The notes under the pieces were generated by a model. That model had not been told where the DNA came from. It saw only the letters and a list, made by a program, of their open reading frames with translations, and did not search any database. From NCBI GenBank assembly GCA_964562935.1, contig CAZLVJ010000002.1, forward strand, positions 844-64,843: 64,000 bases of DNA, written 5' to 3'. A program made the translations under genes and the position numbers. Shown here one piece after another: positions 20,727 through 30,678 of this stretch. Origin of the DNA: an uncultured Nitrososphaerota archaeon. GTDB lineage: Archaea > Thermoproteota > Methanomethylicia > Nezhaarchaeales > WYZ-LMO8. The first letter of the stretch is position 1. Each line of letters starts with the position of its first letter.

Positions 20727-21152
20727 ATGAGTGTAAGGTTCTTAGACCATCCATCCGACGTGTACGTCGAGGTTAGAGCTAAGAGCTTGGAAGAGGCCTT
20801 CGCTCTCAGTGGAATGGCAGTTTACGAGGTCATGACCGATGTGAGACGCGTTAAAAAAGAAGAGACGGTAGAGGTCACCGTTGAAGGATTCGACCTTTAC
20901 TCCTTGCTCTATAATTGGCTCGAGGAACTGATATACCTCTTTGACTCGAGGAGCTTCTTAGGCTCAGAAGTGAAGGTTGAAGAATTGGCCGAAGACAGCA
21001 ACGGCTTTAGACTCAAAGCAGTGATATTTGGCGAAAGGTACGACGCTGATCGGCACGAGTCAAAGACGGCCATAAAAGCCGCGACATACCACTTAATGGA
21101 GATAAAGAAGGAGAACGACGAATACATCATCAGGTTCGTCTTAGATATTTGA
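20727..21152 (+). CDS. Archease
   Basis: FLDHPSDV, LLYNWLEELIY, IKAATYH, FVLDI; start moved to ATG 20727 after GAGGAGG (longer ORF overlaps the tRNA). Confidence 0.93.
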   Translation: MSVRFLDHPSDVYVEVRAKSLEEAFALSGMAVYEVMTDVRRVKKEETVEVTVEGFDLYSLLYNWLEELIYLFDSRSFLGSEVKVEELAEDSNGFRLKAVIFGERYDADRHESKTAIKAATYHLMEIKKENDEYIIRFVLDI

Positions 21153-21166
21153 CTTAATTGACCTTT

Positions 21167-21886
21167 TTAATTTGACTTGAGGTACTCTTCTCTTTTTCTC
21201 AAGAAAACGTCCATCTCGCCAAAAGGCTTGGCAGGGCTTCCTTTTACGGCGACGCCCTCAGGGACGTCCTTCGTCACTAGACTGCCGGCCGCGACGAATG
21301 AGTTGGGCCCTACCTTTACTCCCGCAATAATTATGGCGTTAGCAGCGATAATTGCTCCCTTACATATTCTCGTCGTGACGATTTTGCCACTAGGAGGGTA
21401 CTTGTCGTTCGTTATGACTACGCCAGGGCCTAAGAAGACGTCGTCCTCTATCACTGTGCGTCTGGGTATGAAGACGTTCGACTGGATGTTTACCCGAGAG
21501 CCTATACGAGTTTCACCTTCTATTATGGTGTAAGAGCCGATGCTTGAGTCGTCGCCTATCTCCGTTTCTTCACGAACAAGCACGTTGTGTCCAAGCTGAA
21601 CTCCATTACCTATCTTGACTCGCTCGTAAATGATGCAACCGCTACGTATGATGCAACCCTCTCCAATGATGCAACCCCCGCTCACTTCGTCGAAGGCATG
21701 GTCGAGGTCTTGGGGTCGTGCACCCTCCTCTAGGATTTTGACCAAGCTTCTGCGAGTAGGGTAGCCTAGTATCACCGTGTTATCGATTATAGTACCGCTA
21801 CCTATCACGGTCTTACCATAAATTCTAATTAAAGAGCCCAAAAAGGGCGTATTTATCAAAGCTTTGCGAGAAATGAAGCGCCACAA
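21167..21886 (-). CDS. Hexapeptide-repeat (left-handed beta-helix) acyltransferase
   Basis: Repeated IG hexapeptides, VFLGPGVVITNDKYP, GSLVTKDVP. Confidence 0.88.
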   Translation of the reverse strand: MWRFISRKALINTPFLGSLIRIYGKTVIGSGTIIDNTVILGYPTRRSLVKILEEGARPQDLDHAFDEVSGGCIIGEGCIIRSGCIIYERVKIGNGVQLGHNVLVREETEIGDDSSIGSYTIIEGETRIGSRVNIQSNVFIPRRTVIEDDVFLGPGVVITNDKYPPSGKIVTTRICKGAIIAANAIIIAGVKVGPNSFVAAGSLVTKDVPEGVAVKGSPAKPFGEMDVFLRKREEYLKSN

Positions 21887-21904
21887 CGTTAATCACCTAA
21901 TCAA

Positions 21905-21967
21905 GGCCTCAGATCATGAATGGCCTTTCATTCCCCTCTTCAACACTCGGCAAGCTCTTCATCGGCC
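21905..21967 (-). ncRNA. C/D-box methylation guide sRNA (predicted 23S rRNA targets)
   Basis: GGCC-G-ATGAAGA(C)-gcttgccgagtg-TTGA(D')-ATGAAAG(C')-gccattcatgat-CTGA(D)-GGCC; TTTATA about 24 nt upstream. Confidence 0.8.
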
Positions 21968-22018
21968 AGTTAAACTTGTGAGGGGGGACCTATAAATTCT
22001 TTGGAGGGGCGACTATGA

Positions 22019-22897
22019 TTGAAGATCGCAGTCGCGCTACCATCGACAACACTAGCTGAGGCAAATTCTCTACTTGAAAAGACGGTCAAGGTCGGATTCA
22101 TAGCCAGGGCCTTAGCTATATTTAAAGTTGAGCGATTGATCATATATCGCGACGAGACCGAAAGCATCGACGAAAGAGCCCTCTTGGGAAAGCTCTTCAG
22201 CTACTTAGCCTGCCCGCAGTACCTTAGAAGGAAGGTCTTTCCCCTCGACCCGGACTTAAGATACGTGGGCTTGCTACCACCTCTAAATACACCCAATCAT
22301 CCAACAGAAAAGAGCGTAAAAGACTTGCCTGAAGTCTGTTATCGAGAAGGACTTGTGATAGGCAAGAGAGGAGAAAGGTATTTGGCTGACGTGGGGATCG
22401 AGATTCCTTTAGCCTTTCAAAGCCCGAAAAAGCTGAAGAGAGGAGATAGGGTAATCTTGAGGATAGTCAAGAGGGGCTACCGAATCGCCGAGGTAAGGGA
22501 AATCGAGAGGTGTGAAGTGCCTCATTACTTCGGGTTCGTGGTCGATGTGACCGATCTAAATCTCAAAGGACTGATATCTTCATTTAAGAGAGATGCCTTA
22601 GTCATAGCGACTTCTAGGTACGGCAGAGAAGTTCACAAAGAATTACAAAATCTCTTAAAGCTAATGAGAGAGCACAGCAGTTTGCTCTTGATACTTGGCT
22701 CGCCCTTTAGGGGGCTTTACGAAATAGCAGAGAAGGAGGGATTTAATTTGGACGACGAAGTTCATGTGACTTTGAACTTCATACCGGGACAGGGGAGTAA
22801 GACCGTGAGGGTCGAAGAAGCATTGTATTCGACCCTCGCAATAATTAACTTCCTCTGCCACGAGATCGAAGAACATGATCCGTCTTTAAGGAAATAA
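22019..22897 (+). CDS. SPOUT methyltransferase, MTH1/C9orf114 family
   Basis: IARALAIFKV, CPQYLRR, GLLPPLNTPNH, NFIPGQGSKTVRVEEA; usual position before rpl3. Confidence 0.9.
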   Translation: MKIAVALPSTTLAEANSLLEKTVKVGFIARALAIFKVERLIIYRDETESIDERALLGKLFSYLACPQYLRRKVFPLDPDLRYVGLLPPLNTPNHPTEKSVKDLPEVCYREGLVIGKRGERYLADVGIEIPLAFQSPKKLKRGDRVILRIVKRGYRIAEVREIERCEVPHYFGFVVDVTDLNLKGLISSFKRDALVIATSRYGREVHKELQNLLKLMREHSSLLLILGSPFRGLYEIAEKEGFNLDDEVHVTLNFIPGQGSKTVRVEEALYSTLAIINFLCHEIEEHDPSLRK

Positions 22898-22968
22898 AGA
22901 TTAAATAGGGGGCTGAGGGATTTTACTCTCCAACACCGTTGGGCTGTAAGGCTTAGAGGGATTAGGAA

Positions 22969-23982
22969 TTGGGGAGAAGCGTCCACCAGCCTCGCCGCGG
23001 ATCTCTAGGCTTCTATCCGCGAGTGAGAGCTCGAAGGATCGTCGCTAGGATAAGGAGTTGGCCGCACGTTGAAGTCGAGAAACCGCAATTACTGGGCTTT
23101 GCTGCGTACAAGGCGGGCATGACTCACGCTGTTATAATAGAAGACAAACCCACAAGCCCATTCTACGGTAGGGAGGTCGTGAGGGCCGTCACCATACTCG
23201 ATGCCCCACCTCTCTTTGTGTACGGAATCAGGCTTTATTCCTCAACGTCCTATGGGCTCAAGAGCATTTTTGAGATCCTATCCGATAACCTCCCAAAAGA
23301 CCTTGAAAGGAGGACCTCTCTCCCCAAGAATTACAATAAAGAAGAGAGAATAGCAAGAGCCCAGCAGTTGCTAAACAAGACGACAGAGATCAGGGTCCTT
23401 GCGTGTACTCAACCAAGGTTATCCGGGCTGAGGAAGAAGACCCCTGAACTCGTGGAGATAAAGGTCGCGGCTAAGAGCGTTGAAGAGGCATGGAAATACG
23501 CACTTTCAATACTCGGGAAAAAAGTGAAGGCCTCGGACGTATTTAAAGAAGGACAGTACGTGGACGTCATCAGCGTGACCAAGGGCAAGGGCTTTCAGGG
23601 CGTAGTGAAGAGGTATGGAGTGAAGATTATGCCTCGATGGCACAAGCACCGCAAAGGACATAGAAGGACTGGTACGGCAAGCCCCCAGAAGCCCGACATG
23701 ATGTATAGCATACCAAGGCCTGGACAACTAGGATTCCACCAACGAACGGAGTACAACAAGCGCATAATAAAGATGGGAGAAGATGGATTGAGCGTGACGG
23801 TCAAGGGGGGTTTTGTCGGCTACGGCATCGTCAGAGGACCTTACATAGTATTGCTGGGCTCAGTGCCAGGACCTAAAGGCAGGCTTGTGAGGTTGAGGTT
23901 TCCCATAAGGCCCCCCAAGAGTGCGCCCACCACGCCTCCAAAGATAGTTAGCATAAACATCGATTCTAAGCAAGGTGGTTAG
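22969..23982 (+). CDS. rpl3: 50S ribosomal protein L3
   Basis: PRRGSLGFYPR, YKAGMTH, TKGKGFQGVVKR, GFHQRTEYNKR. Confidence 0.98.
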   Translation: MGRSVHQPRRGSLGFYPRVRARRIVARIRSWPHVEVEKPQLLGFAAYKAGMTHAVIIEDKPTSPFYGREVVRAVTILDAPPLFVYGIRLYSSTSYGLKSIFEILSDNLPKDLERRTSLPKNYNKEERIARAQQLLNKTTEIRVLACTQPRLSGLRKKTPELVEIKVAAKSVEEAWKYALSILGKKVKASDVFKEGQYVDVISVTKGKGFQGVVKRYGVKIMPRWHKHRKGHRRTGTASPQKPDMMYSIPRPGQLGFHQRTEYNKRIIKMGEDGLSVTVKGGFVGYGIVRGPYIVLLGSVPGPKGRLVRLRFPIRPPKSAPTTPPKIVSINIDSKQGG

Positions 23983-23984
23983 CA

Positions 23985-24785
23985 GTGCAAGGCTCAGTCA
24001 AAGTAGCTACAGTTTACGACCTTGAAGGAAGGGAAGCAGGGAAGATAGAGCTACCTGAGGTCTTTAGCTACGAGGTCAGGGAAGACGTGATAAAACGAGC
24101 TTACTTAGCAGCACTTACGGCAAGAATACAGCCCCAAGGCAGGGACCCCATGGCTGGTAAGAGGACTACTGCTGAAAGTTGGGGAGTGGGTTACGGCATT
24201 GCTAGGGTTCCAAGGGTCAAGGGGGAAAGGCATCCGCGCGCAACGAGCGCCGCCTTCGTGACCATGGCCGTTGGAGGTAGGAGGGCTCACACACCAACAG
24301 TCGAAAAGAGGATACGTGAGAGGATAAACAAGAAGGAGAGGCGACTTGCTATCAAATCTGCCATAGCTGCAACAGCTATCAAAGAGTTGGTGGAAAGAAG
24401 GGGTCATGTACTTCCGCCAAAAATTTCCCTACCAGTAATAGTAAAGGCGGAGATCGAGGAGATCGAGACGACGAAGCAAGCCAAAGAGTTCTTAGCGAAA
24501 ATGGGGCTGTGGAGCGACGTGGAGAGAGTTCGCAAAAAGATCAAGATAAGAGCGGGCAAGGGTAAGATGAGAGGGAGGAGGTACAAGGAGGGCAAAAGCT
24601 TACTCATAGTCTTCTCCGGAAAATGTAAAGCTGTGAAGGCCTTCAGAAACCTTCCAGGAGTCACGGTCGCTTACGTCAAAAACCTGTCGGTCCTGCACTT
24701 AGCCCCAGGAGGGGTTCCGGGGCGCTTGACTTTGTGGAGCGAAATTGCCATAAAAATGCTGGCTGAAAGAGGGTGTGGAAAGTGA
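23985..24785 (+). CDS. rpl4: 50S ribosomal protein L4
   Basis: [37 protein letters not shown]. Confidence 0.98.
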   Translation: MQGSVKVATVYDLEGREAGKIELPEVFSYEVREDVIKRAYLAALTARIQPQGRDPMAGKRTTAESWGVGYGIARVPRVKGERHPRATSAAFVTMAVGGRRAHTPTVEKRIRERINKKERRLAIKSAIAATAIKELVERRGHVLPPKISLPVIVKAEIEEIETTKQAKEFLAKMGLWSDVERVRKKIKIRAGKGKMRGRRYKEGKSLLIVFSGKCKAVKAFRNLPGVTVAYVKNLSVLHLAPGGVPGRLTLWSEIAIKMLAERGCGK

Positions 24786-25072
24786 GTGATGAAAGAGGCG
24801 GCAGGAAGACTTTAGAGTACTACGACGTCATCTTGAGGCCTGTTGTCTCAGAAAAGGCCTTGTCGTTGATTGAAAAGAACAACACTCTGACGTTCATCGT
24901 TGGCCTGGGGGTCAACAAGCTCCGCATAAAGGAGGCCGTCGAAAAGCTTTTTGACGTTAAGGTCGAAAAAGTCAACACTCTTATAACCCCAAAAGGAGAG
25001 AAGAAGGCTTTCGTTAAGTTAAAACCAGGGCACAAAGCCTCAGACGTGGCGGTTAAGTTAGGTATTTTGTGA
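24782..25072 (+). CDS. rpl23: 50S ribosomal protein L23
   Basis: [32 protein letters not shown]. Confidence 0.97.
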   Translation: MSDERGGRKTLEYYDVILRPVVSEKALSLIEKNNTLTFIVGLGVNKLRIKEAVEKLFDVKVEKVNTLITPKGEKKAFVKLKPGHKASDVAVKLGIL

Positions 25073-25082
25073 GGTAGTTACT

Positions 25083-25802
25083 ATGGGCAAGCGAATATTG
25101 GCTCAACGCAAAGGTCGCGGGGGCTCCGTCTTCAGATCTCCAAGGTGGTTGCACAAAGGGCCAGCTAAGTATCCTAACCTAAGCAAGAGGGAGTGCGAGG
25201 GCGTTATCGAAGGGAAAGTAGAGGCGATAATTCATGACCCGGGCAGAGGAGCCCCGCTAGCATTAATCAGACTGCCAGACGGAACGAGGTTCTTTAACGT
25301 CGCCGCTGAGGGGATTAGAGTAGGACAGAAGATACAGATAGGAGATAAGGCAGAGGTGGCCCCAGGCAACATCCTGCCTCTGAGGAGCATACCCGATGGA
25401 ACCAAGGTCTTTAACGTAGAGCTCACGTATGGTGATGGTGGGCGCTTAGTTAGAGGATCGGGGTGTTACGCCATAGTGTTGAGCCATTCGGCTGAGGGCG
25501 TATACATTAGCTTGCCCTCAGGAAAGGCCAAGTTAGTTAGCGGCTTAGCAAGAGCGACTATAGGCGTCGTAGCTGGCGGGGGTAGAATAGAGAAGCCCTT
25601 CGTGAAAGCTGGCGCCAAGTACCACTTGTCAAAAGTTAAGGCGTGGAAATATCCTGAAGTTCGCGGTAAGGCGATGGGCGCTTATGCTCATCCACACGGT
25701 GGAGGGGCGCATCCAAAGGGCAGTCCACCAGTAAGTCATGGAACGCCTCCAGGAGCAAAAGTGGGGCACATATCAAGCAAGAGGACCGGTAAGAGAGAGT
25801 GA
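25083..25802 (+). CDS. rpl2: 50S ribosomal protein L2
   Basis: MGKRILAQRKGRG, HDPGRGAP, VRGKAM..HPHGGG. Confidence 0.98.
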   Translation: MGKRILAQRKGRGGSVFRSPRWLHKGPAKYPNLSKRECEGVIEGKVEAIIHDPGRGAPLALIRLPDGTRFFNVAAEGIRVGQKIQIGDKAEVAPGNILPLRSIPDGTKVFNVELTYGDGGRLVRGSGCYAIVLSHSAEGVYISLPSGKAKLVSGLARATIGVVAGGGRIEKPFVKAGAKYHLSKVKAWKYPEVRGKAMGAYAHPHGGGAHPKGSPPVSHGTPPGAKVGHISSKRTGKRE

Positions 25803-25863
25803 AGGGGTCGAGAGAGTCTCATTGCCTTCCGGCCTTTAGGCACTAGACGCAACCACGCCTCCC

Positions 25864-26256
25864 TTATTTCAGAGGTACGTACATCGAGCTTCGTGTCGCT
25901 CTTAGACCGGGCTCTCCGTGCTCTACTTTCTTGCACGTAGGGGCGAATTCGCCTAAATAGTGCCCTACCATCTCCTCAGTTATCGTGACAGGGATGAACT
26001 CTTTACCGTTATAAACGTGAACAGTTGCGCCAACCATTTCTGGCAGTATTATCATATCCCTAATGTGCGTCCTGACGATTGACCTCTTGTTGTTTTTGAG
26101 CTCTCTTATCTTCTCAAGAAGTTTCCTCTTCTCCTCGCTCAGACCTCTTAAAAGGGACCTCCTTTGCCTCGCTGGGAGCAACTTTATGAACTCGTCCATG
26201 GGCATTTCTAACAACTGGTCCAAGGTGTAACCCCTATACGTAAACCTACTCGACAT
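25864..26256 (-). CDS. rps19: 30S ribosomal protein S19/uS19 (inverted within S10 cluster)
   Basis: [46 protein letters not shown]; start set to ATG 26256. Confidence 0.97.
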   Translation of the reverse strand: MSSRFTYRGYTLDQLLEMPMDEFIKLLPARQRRSLLRGLSEEKRKLLEKIRELKNNKRSIVRTHIRDMIILPEMVGATVHVYNGKEFIPVTITEEMVGHYLGEFAPTCKKVEHGEPGLRATRSSMYVPLK

Positions 26257-26288
26257 GTGAGCTCTCGCTCCTTCTTGGATCTCCCTAG

Positions 26289-26295
26289 TTATAAG
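26289..26295. promoter_or_regulatory. TATA-like box in divergent rps19/rpl22 spacer
   Basis: TTATAAG about 33 nt from the rps19 ATG. Confidence 0.45.
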
Positions 26296-26371
26296 AATTA
26301 CCTCTAGCGGAAACCTAATAGGCAAGAGCTCTCACTTTCCCAGCGCTAACAGTGCTAAGGAAGGTAACCCT

Positions 26372-26833
26372 ATGCCAGAATTCGGTTACTCTCTTCAGAA
26401 CTACGAGCCTGAAAAAATGGCTATAGCTAGTGGAAGAGATCTAAGGATAAGTTGGAAAAAGGCTGTAGAGGTTTGTCGGTTCATAAAGGGCAGAAAACTC
26501 AGCGAGGCCAGAGAGCTACTGGAGAAAGTTTTGAAGAGAGAAGTTATGGTCCCCTTTACTACCTTTAATAGGAAGCGCGCACACCACGGTAGCGTAAATA
26601 AGTATCCGAGCGGCGGTTATCCCGTGAGGGTTGTGAAAGAAATGTTGAAGATCCTGAAGAACGTAGAGGCCAATGCCGAGAACAAAGGCCTTGACGTCGA
26701 GAAGCTAGTCATAGTACATGCCGCCGCCCACAAAGGGCCCGTGGTTAGGAAGTATATACGGAGGGCATTCGGCAGAGCTACCCCATTCTTTCAGCAGTTA
26801 GTTCATGTAGAAGTAGCTGTCAAAGAGGTTTAG
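26372..26833 (+). CDS. rpl22: 50S ribosomal protein L22
   Basis: DLRISWKKAVEVC, GGYP, RAFGRATP, HVEV. Confidence 0.97.
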   Translation: MPEFGYSLQNYEPEKMAIASGRDLRISWKKAVEVCRFIKGRKLSEARELLEKVLKREVMVPFTTFNRKRAHHGSVNKYPSGGYPVRVVKEMLKILKNVEANAENKGLDVEKLVIVHAAAHKGPVVRKYIRRAFGRATPFFQQLVHVEVAVKEV

Positions 26834-26859
26834 AAAATCGTGTAGCGGAGGGGGACCCC

Positions 26860-27504
26860 ATGCCGGATATCGAAAAAAGCTTCGTTGTTAAGGCGTTGAA
26901 GAGGCTCGATGTGGACTCTTTTTTAGAGCGTGAATTGGAGAGGGCCGGTTACGTTAAAGTGGACTTACAGAAGACCCCTCTCGGCACAAACGTGACCATT
27001 TACGCTGAGAGGCCAGGAATGGTCATAGGAAGGCACGGCTCTACGGTTCACGAATTGACACAAAAGCTCGAGAAAGTGTTTGGAGTCGAAAGACCTCAAA
27101 TAGCAGTGGCACCAGTTGAAGTCCCAGAACTCAACGCCAAGATAATGGCTCAAAGAATTAAGAACGCTCTTGAAAGGGGTATACACTTCCGAAGAGCGGC
27201 CTACATAGCTTTAAATCAGATAATGGAGGCAGGTGCCCTCGGCGCTGAGATAAGGATCAAGGGGAAGCTCAGGACTGAGCGGGCTAGGTACGAGAAGCTT
27301 CAGTCCGGAATAGTCTTGAAGGCTGGCCAGCTATCACAAGAGCACGTGGACGTAGCTGTCGAGCATGCGCTTTTAAAGCAGGGCAAGATAGGCATAAAGG
27401 TTAAGATAGTCCTACCTTCGGCTGTTAAAGCCATGGAGGAACTAGACAAGGGTAAAGTCTTCGTGAAGGAGGAGGGAGAAAGCGGTGGCGATACTCAAAG
27501 TTAA
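26860..27504 (+). CDS. rps3: 30S ribosomal protein S3
   Basis: KH domain RPGMVIGR, GIHFRRA, GALGAEIRIKGKL. Confidence 0.97.
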   Translation: MPDIEKSFVVKALKRLDVDSFLERELERAGYVKVDLQKTPLGTNVTIYAERPGMVIGRHGSTVHELTQKLEKVFGVERPQIAVAPVEVPELNAKIMAQRIKNALERGIHFRRAAYIALNQIMEAGALGAEIRIKGKLRTERARYEKLQSGIVLKAGQLSQEHVDVAVEHALLKQGKIGIKVKIVLPSAVKAMEELDKGKVFVKEEGESGGDTQS

Positions 27505-27700
27505 GGATATAAGGAATATGTCGAGTGAGGAGAGGCTCGCCAAGCTTAGAGAGCTAAAAGCAGAGCTCATGAGGCTCAGAGCTCAGCAAGCCTCAGGGGC
27601 TCCGCTCGAAAACCCTGGCAAAATAAGGGTTATAAAAAAGACCATAGCTAGGATATTGACGGTCATCAATGAAGAGAGGAAAAGAACTAAACGTGCTTAA
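27485..27700 (+). CDS. rpl29: 50S ribosomal protein L29
   Basis: IRNMS.EE, ENPGKIR..KKTIARILT. Confidence 0.96.
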   Translation: MAILKVKDIRNMSSEERLAKLRELKAELMRLRAQQASGAPLENPGKIRVIKKTIARILTVINEERKRTKRA

Positions 27701-28805
27701 ACCTATCCTTGAGCTTCTCCAATATCTTCGGCAACGTAGTGTACTCTAGTTCTTCGGGTCCGACTCTTGCCGGCATGAATTCTCCCATCCTCCTCATGTA
27801 GTCGGCTATCTGCATCGCAATAGTCCTTGCCACGTCGAAGGCTGGGTCATCGAATAGGTCGGCAGGCTCAGAGCCCGTTAGGCCTATTAGTTCACCGTTT
27901 GCCAGTTGGAAGCCGAGAGCTACAACTCGAGGCGGGCCGTCGAAGAACGTACAACGTGCATGCTCCAGGCTCACTGGCATCAACGGGCCGTAGTGCGAAC
28001 CCCTCATCCAGCCTGCCACTAAGTGAGGGTACGCAAACGGTGCCAGTATCTCTCCGACGGCTGGGAAGCCGTGCTGAGCCCTGACTATTAAGGCCGGATC
28101 GTCCTTGCCCACGTATTTGCCAGCTATCAAGCTGAGCCTCGTCGTGGTAGCCACGGCGGCGACCTCCCTATCCACCTTCCTTAAAACCCTCTCGACTACG
28201 TACCTCCCGGTCGTGCCTAAAAGCGCCACTAAGCTGTAGAGCTCTTCGGGACAGCTGAGGTCAACGACCTTTCCCTCTACGACGTCCATGACCCTGAATA
28301 TGAAACCCTCGTGCATGCTAGGGTCTATCACTAGGCCAGCGGTATTGTCGGGCGATGCGAAGATCTTATAGAGGGGGTAGTTCCACGCTCCGGGCTCGGT
28401 CTTATCGGCTGCGAACACTACTATCGGCTCGCTGGGCCTCTCGGTTATCTCCATTTCGGCGACCCCAGGCCCCATTCCCTTCACGTTGCCTGAGAAAGTG
28501 TCTGAGAGAAGATCCTGTCCAGCCGCGTAGAGCTTTAAAGGCTTTGAGACTTTCTCGGTAACCTCCTTAAAGGTATTCCAAGCCAAGCCGTGGATCTCCG
28601 AATTACCCTCTCCTTTAGTGTGGGTCATTAGCAATTCTAGGTCGTCGCCACAATTGAAGACATAGTAGTCTATGATGAGTCCGTTTTTCTTAGCCTCTTC
28701 AAGTCGTTTGCGAGCCACTTCAAGTTGCTTGGGATGAACGACGTGGTGACCACAAAGGGAGCCCACGTCGGCTTTTATCAAGCTAATAGTGACTTTTTGC
28801 GGCAT
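27687..28805 (-). CDS. fbp: Fructose-1,6-bisphosphate aldolase/phosphatase (class V)
   Basis: IKADVGS, LYAAGQDLL, DKTEPGA, YVGKDDP, GWMRGSH. Confidence 0.97.
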   Translation of the reverse strand: MPQKVTISLIKADVGSLCGHHVVHPKQLEVARKRLEEAKKNGLIIDYYVFNCGDDLELLMTHTKGEGNSEIHGLAWNTFKEVTEKVSKPLKLYAAGQDLLSDTFSGNVKGMGPGVAEMEITERPSEPIVVFAADKTEPGAWNYPLYKIFASPDNTAGLVIDPSMHEGFIFRVMDVVEGKVVDLSCPEELYSLVALLGTTGRYVVERVLRKVDREVAAVATTTRLSLIAGKYVGKDDPALIVRAQHGFPAVGEILAPFAYPHLVAGWMRGSHYGPLMPVSLEHARCTFFDGPPRVVALGFQLANGELIGLTGSEPADLFDDPAFDVARTIAMQIADYMRRMGEFMPARVGPEELEYTTLPKILEKLKDRFKHV

Positions 28806-28872
28806 GAATGGTCACCCAGCATAAAAGCTGTGAAATGACGATATAAACCTTAGCCCACGATGGTTTGCTTCG

Positions 28873-30678
28873 TCACTCCTCTCTTTCTTCTACCTCCTCC
28901 CTTTCAGGTATGTAATAGTACTCCCCCATGCCCTTCTGCTTTCTGTGAAGGTAAGAGTCCGGCTTGTTTATTCTAACCCTCCCGCTGTGAAGGTCCCTCC
29001 TAAAGGTGACGTCGACTTCCTTTAAGAAGGCGTTAAAGCCGCTTCTCAAGTCCATGGGGCTTGACGCGATGCCATAGACCCCAGGCTTACCGCTAAAGAC
29101 CATTATCGAGTCGGCGACGGCATCCATTACGACGACGTCGTGCTCAACGACGAAGGCTGCAGCCTTTCTCTCATCAACTATTTTTCTAACGAGCTTCGCC
29201 ATTATTAGTCGTTGCTCGACGTCTAAGTAAGCCGAAGGCTCGTCTAACAGGTAAATGTCGGCTTCCCTGGCCAGCGCACATGCTATGCTAACTCGCTGAA
29301 GCTCTCCACCGCTAAGAGATGAAAGTTTGCGATCAAAAAGGCGCTCGAGCATAAACGGTTGACATATCTCACTCTTGAACCATGAAGAAGATAGCACGCT
29401 TCCTACGTTTCTTAACAAGTAATCATAAACTGTTTCGTCGCTTTCAGGTGTAAGGTATTGCGGTTTGTAGCTTAGCTTCATATCGCTCTTTCCATCTTTT
29501 GATGCGCGCTCTATGAGGGACTTCACGAACGTGGTCTTACCAATTCCGTTAGGGCCCAATATGCCGATTACCTCTCCTTCATGTATAAGTCCTTGGTTCA
29601 CGGTGAGCTCGAATACCCCTCCTACCTTAACCTTGAAAGAGGGCCATGAGAAAAGCTCGTTAACGGCTAGAGACTCCCGGGGCCTAGGTCTTAGCCTAAA
29701 CCTTATCGGCTCACTCCTGAACCTCACGTTCTCGCCGGGTATGTAGCCGTCGAGGTATATGTTTATGCCCACTCGAACCCCGTACGGTTGTGAGGCGATG
29801 CCATATGCCCCTGGCTTACCGTACATGATGCACACCTTGTCCGATACGTAGTCGAGGATGGCGAGGTCGTGCTCAGCGACTATAACGGCCTTTCCCTCTC
29901 GCGAGAGCGACCTTATGACCTTGGAGGCCTTGAGCCTCTGCATCACGTCGAGGTAGCTTGCTGGCTCGTCAAATATGTACACGTCGGCTTCTCGACTGCA
30001 AGCGACTGCTATGGCCAGCCTCTGCAACTCCCCGCCACATAAAGCTGAGATTTCCCTGTTAGTTATGTCAATTAAGTCGAGCTCCCTCGCTAAATCCCTC
30101 CACAGGCCTCTCTCGTCGACTTTGATAAGGAGGTCTTTGACGGTGCCTTTAACATACTTGGGTATTAAGTCAACATACTGTATTTTATGAACAGCGCGTA
30201 ATCTCCCAGAGTACAGGTCTCGAAAGTAGGGCTGAAGCTCTGTGCCAGCGAAAAAGCGCACGACGTCGTCTTTTGTCGGTCGGAGCTCTACGTTTCCGAG
30301 GTTTGGTATGAGGTCGCCAGCTAAAATGCGAAGTATCGTGGTTTTTCCTGTGCCATTGGGGCCTATTAAGCCCAATACCTGGCCCCTTCTAGGCGGAGGG
30401 AGCCTGTAAAGCCTAAAGCCATTAGCTCCGTATTGATGGACGCATTCGCGCTCTATCTCCTCTGGCAGGTTAACTATGGTTATAGCCGAGAAGGGGCACT
30501 TCTTGACGCAAATGCCGCAGCCCACACAAAGGTTCTCCTTTATCATCGGCCTCTGAAGCTCTTCGTTGATCTCAATTACCATTACCTTATTTCTGACGAG
30601 CGGGCAAAAGCGGAGGCACTCCCTATAACACTCCTTCGGCTTACAGAGGTCTCTATCTATAACAGCTATCCGGGGCAT
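28873..30678 (-). CDS. Ribosome recycling ATPase ABCE1/RLI
   Basis: N-terminal double 4Fe-4S domain, two ABC domains (GPNGTGKT, GPNGIGKT, LSGGELQR). Confidence 0.97.
   Translation of the reverse strand: MPRIAVIDRDLCKPKECYRECLRFCPLVRNKVMVIEINEELQRPMIKENLCVGCGICVKKCPFSAITIVNLPEEIERECVHQYGANGFRLYRLPPPRRGQVLGLIGPNGTGKTTILRILAGDLIPNLGNVELRPTKDDVVRFFAGTELQPYFRDLYSGRLRAVHKIQYVDLIPKYVKGTVKDLLIKVDERGLWRDLARELDLIDITNREISALCGGELQRLAIAVACSREADVYIFDEPASYLDVMQRLKASKVIRSLSREGKAVIVAEHDLAILDYVSDKVCIMYGKPGAYGIASQPYGVRVGINIYLDGYIPGENVRFRSEPIRFRLRPRPRESLAVNELFSWPSFKVKVGGVFELTVNQGLIHEGEVIGILGPNGIGKTTFVKSLIERASKDGKSDMKLSYKPQYLTPESDETVYDYLLRNVGSVLSSSWFKSEICQPFMLERLFDRKLSSLSGGELQRVSIACALAREADIYLLDEPSAYLDVEQRLIMAKLVRKIVDERKAAAFVVEHDVVVMDAVADSIMVFSGKPGVYGIASSPMDLRSGFNAFLKEVDVTFRRDLHSGRVRINKPDSYLHRKQKGMGEYYYIPEREEVEEREE

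Noticed and set aside
26257..26325. 23-aa N-terminal extension of S19 in the ORF track
   Set aside because: It spans the promoter-like spacer; homology starts at ATG 26256.
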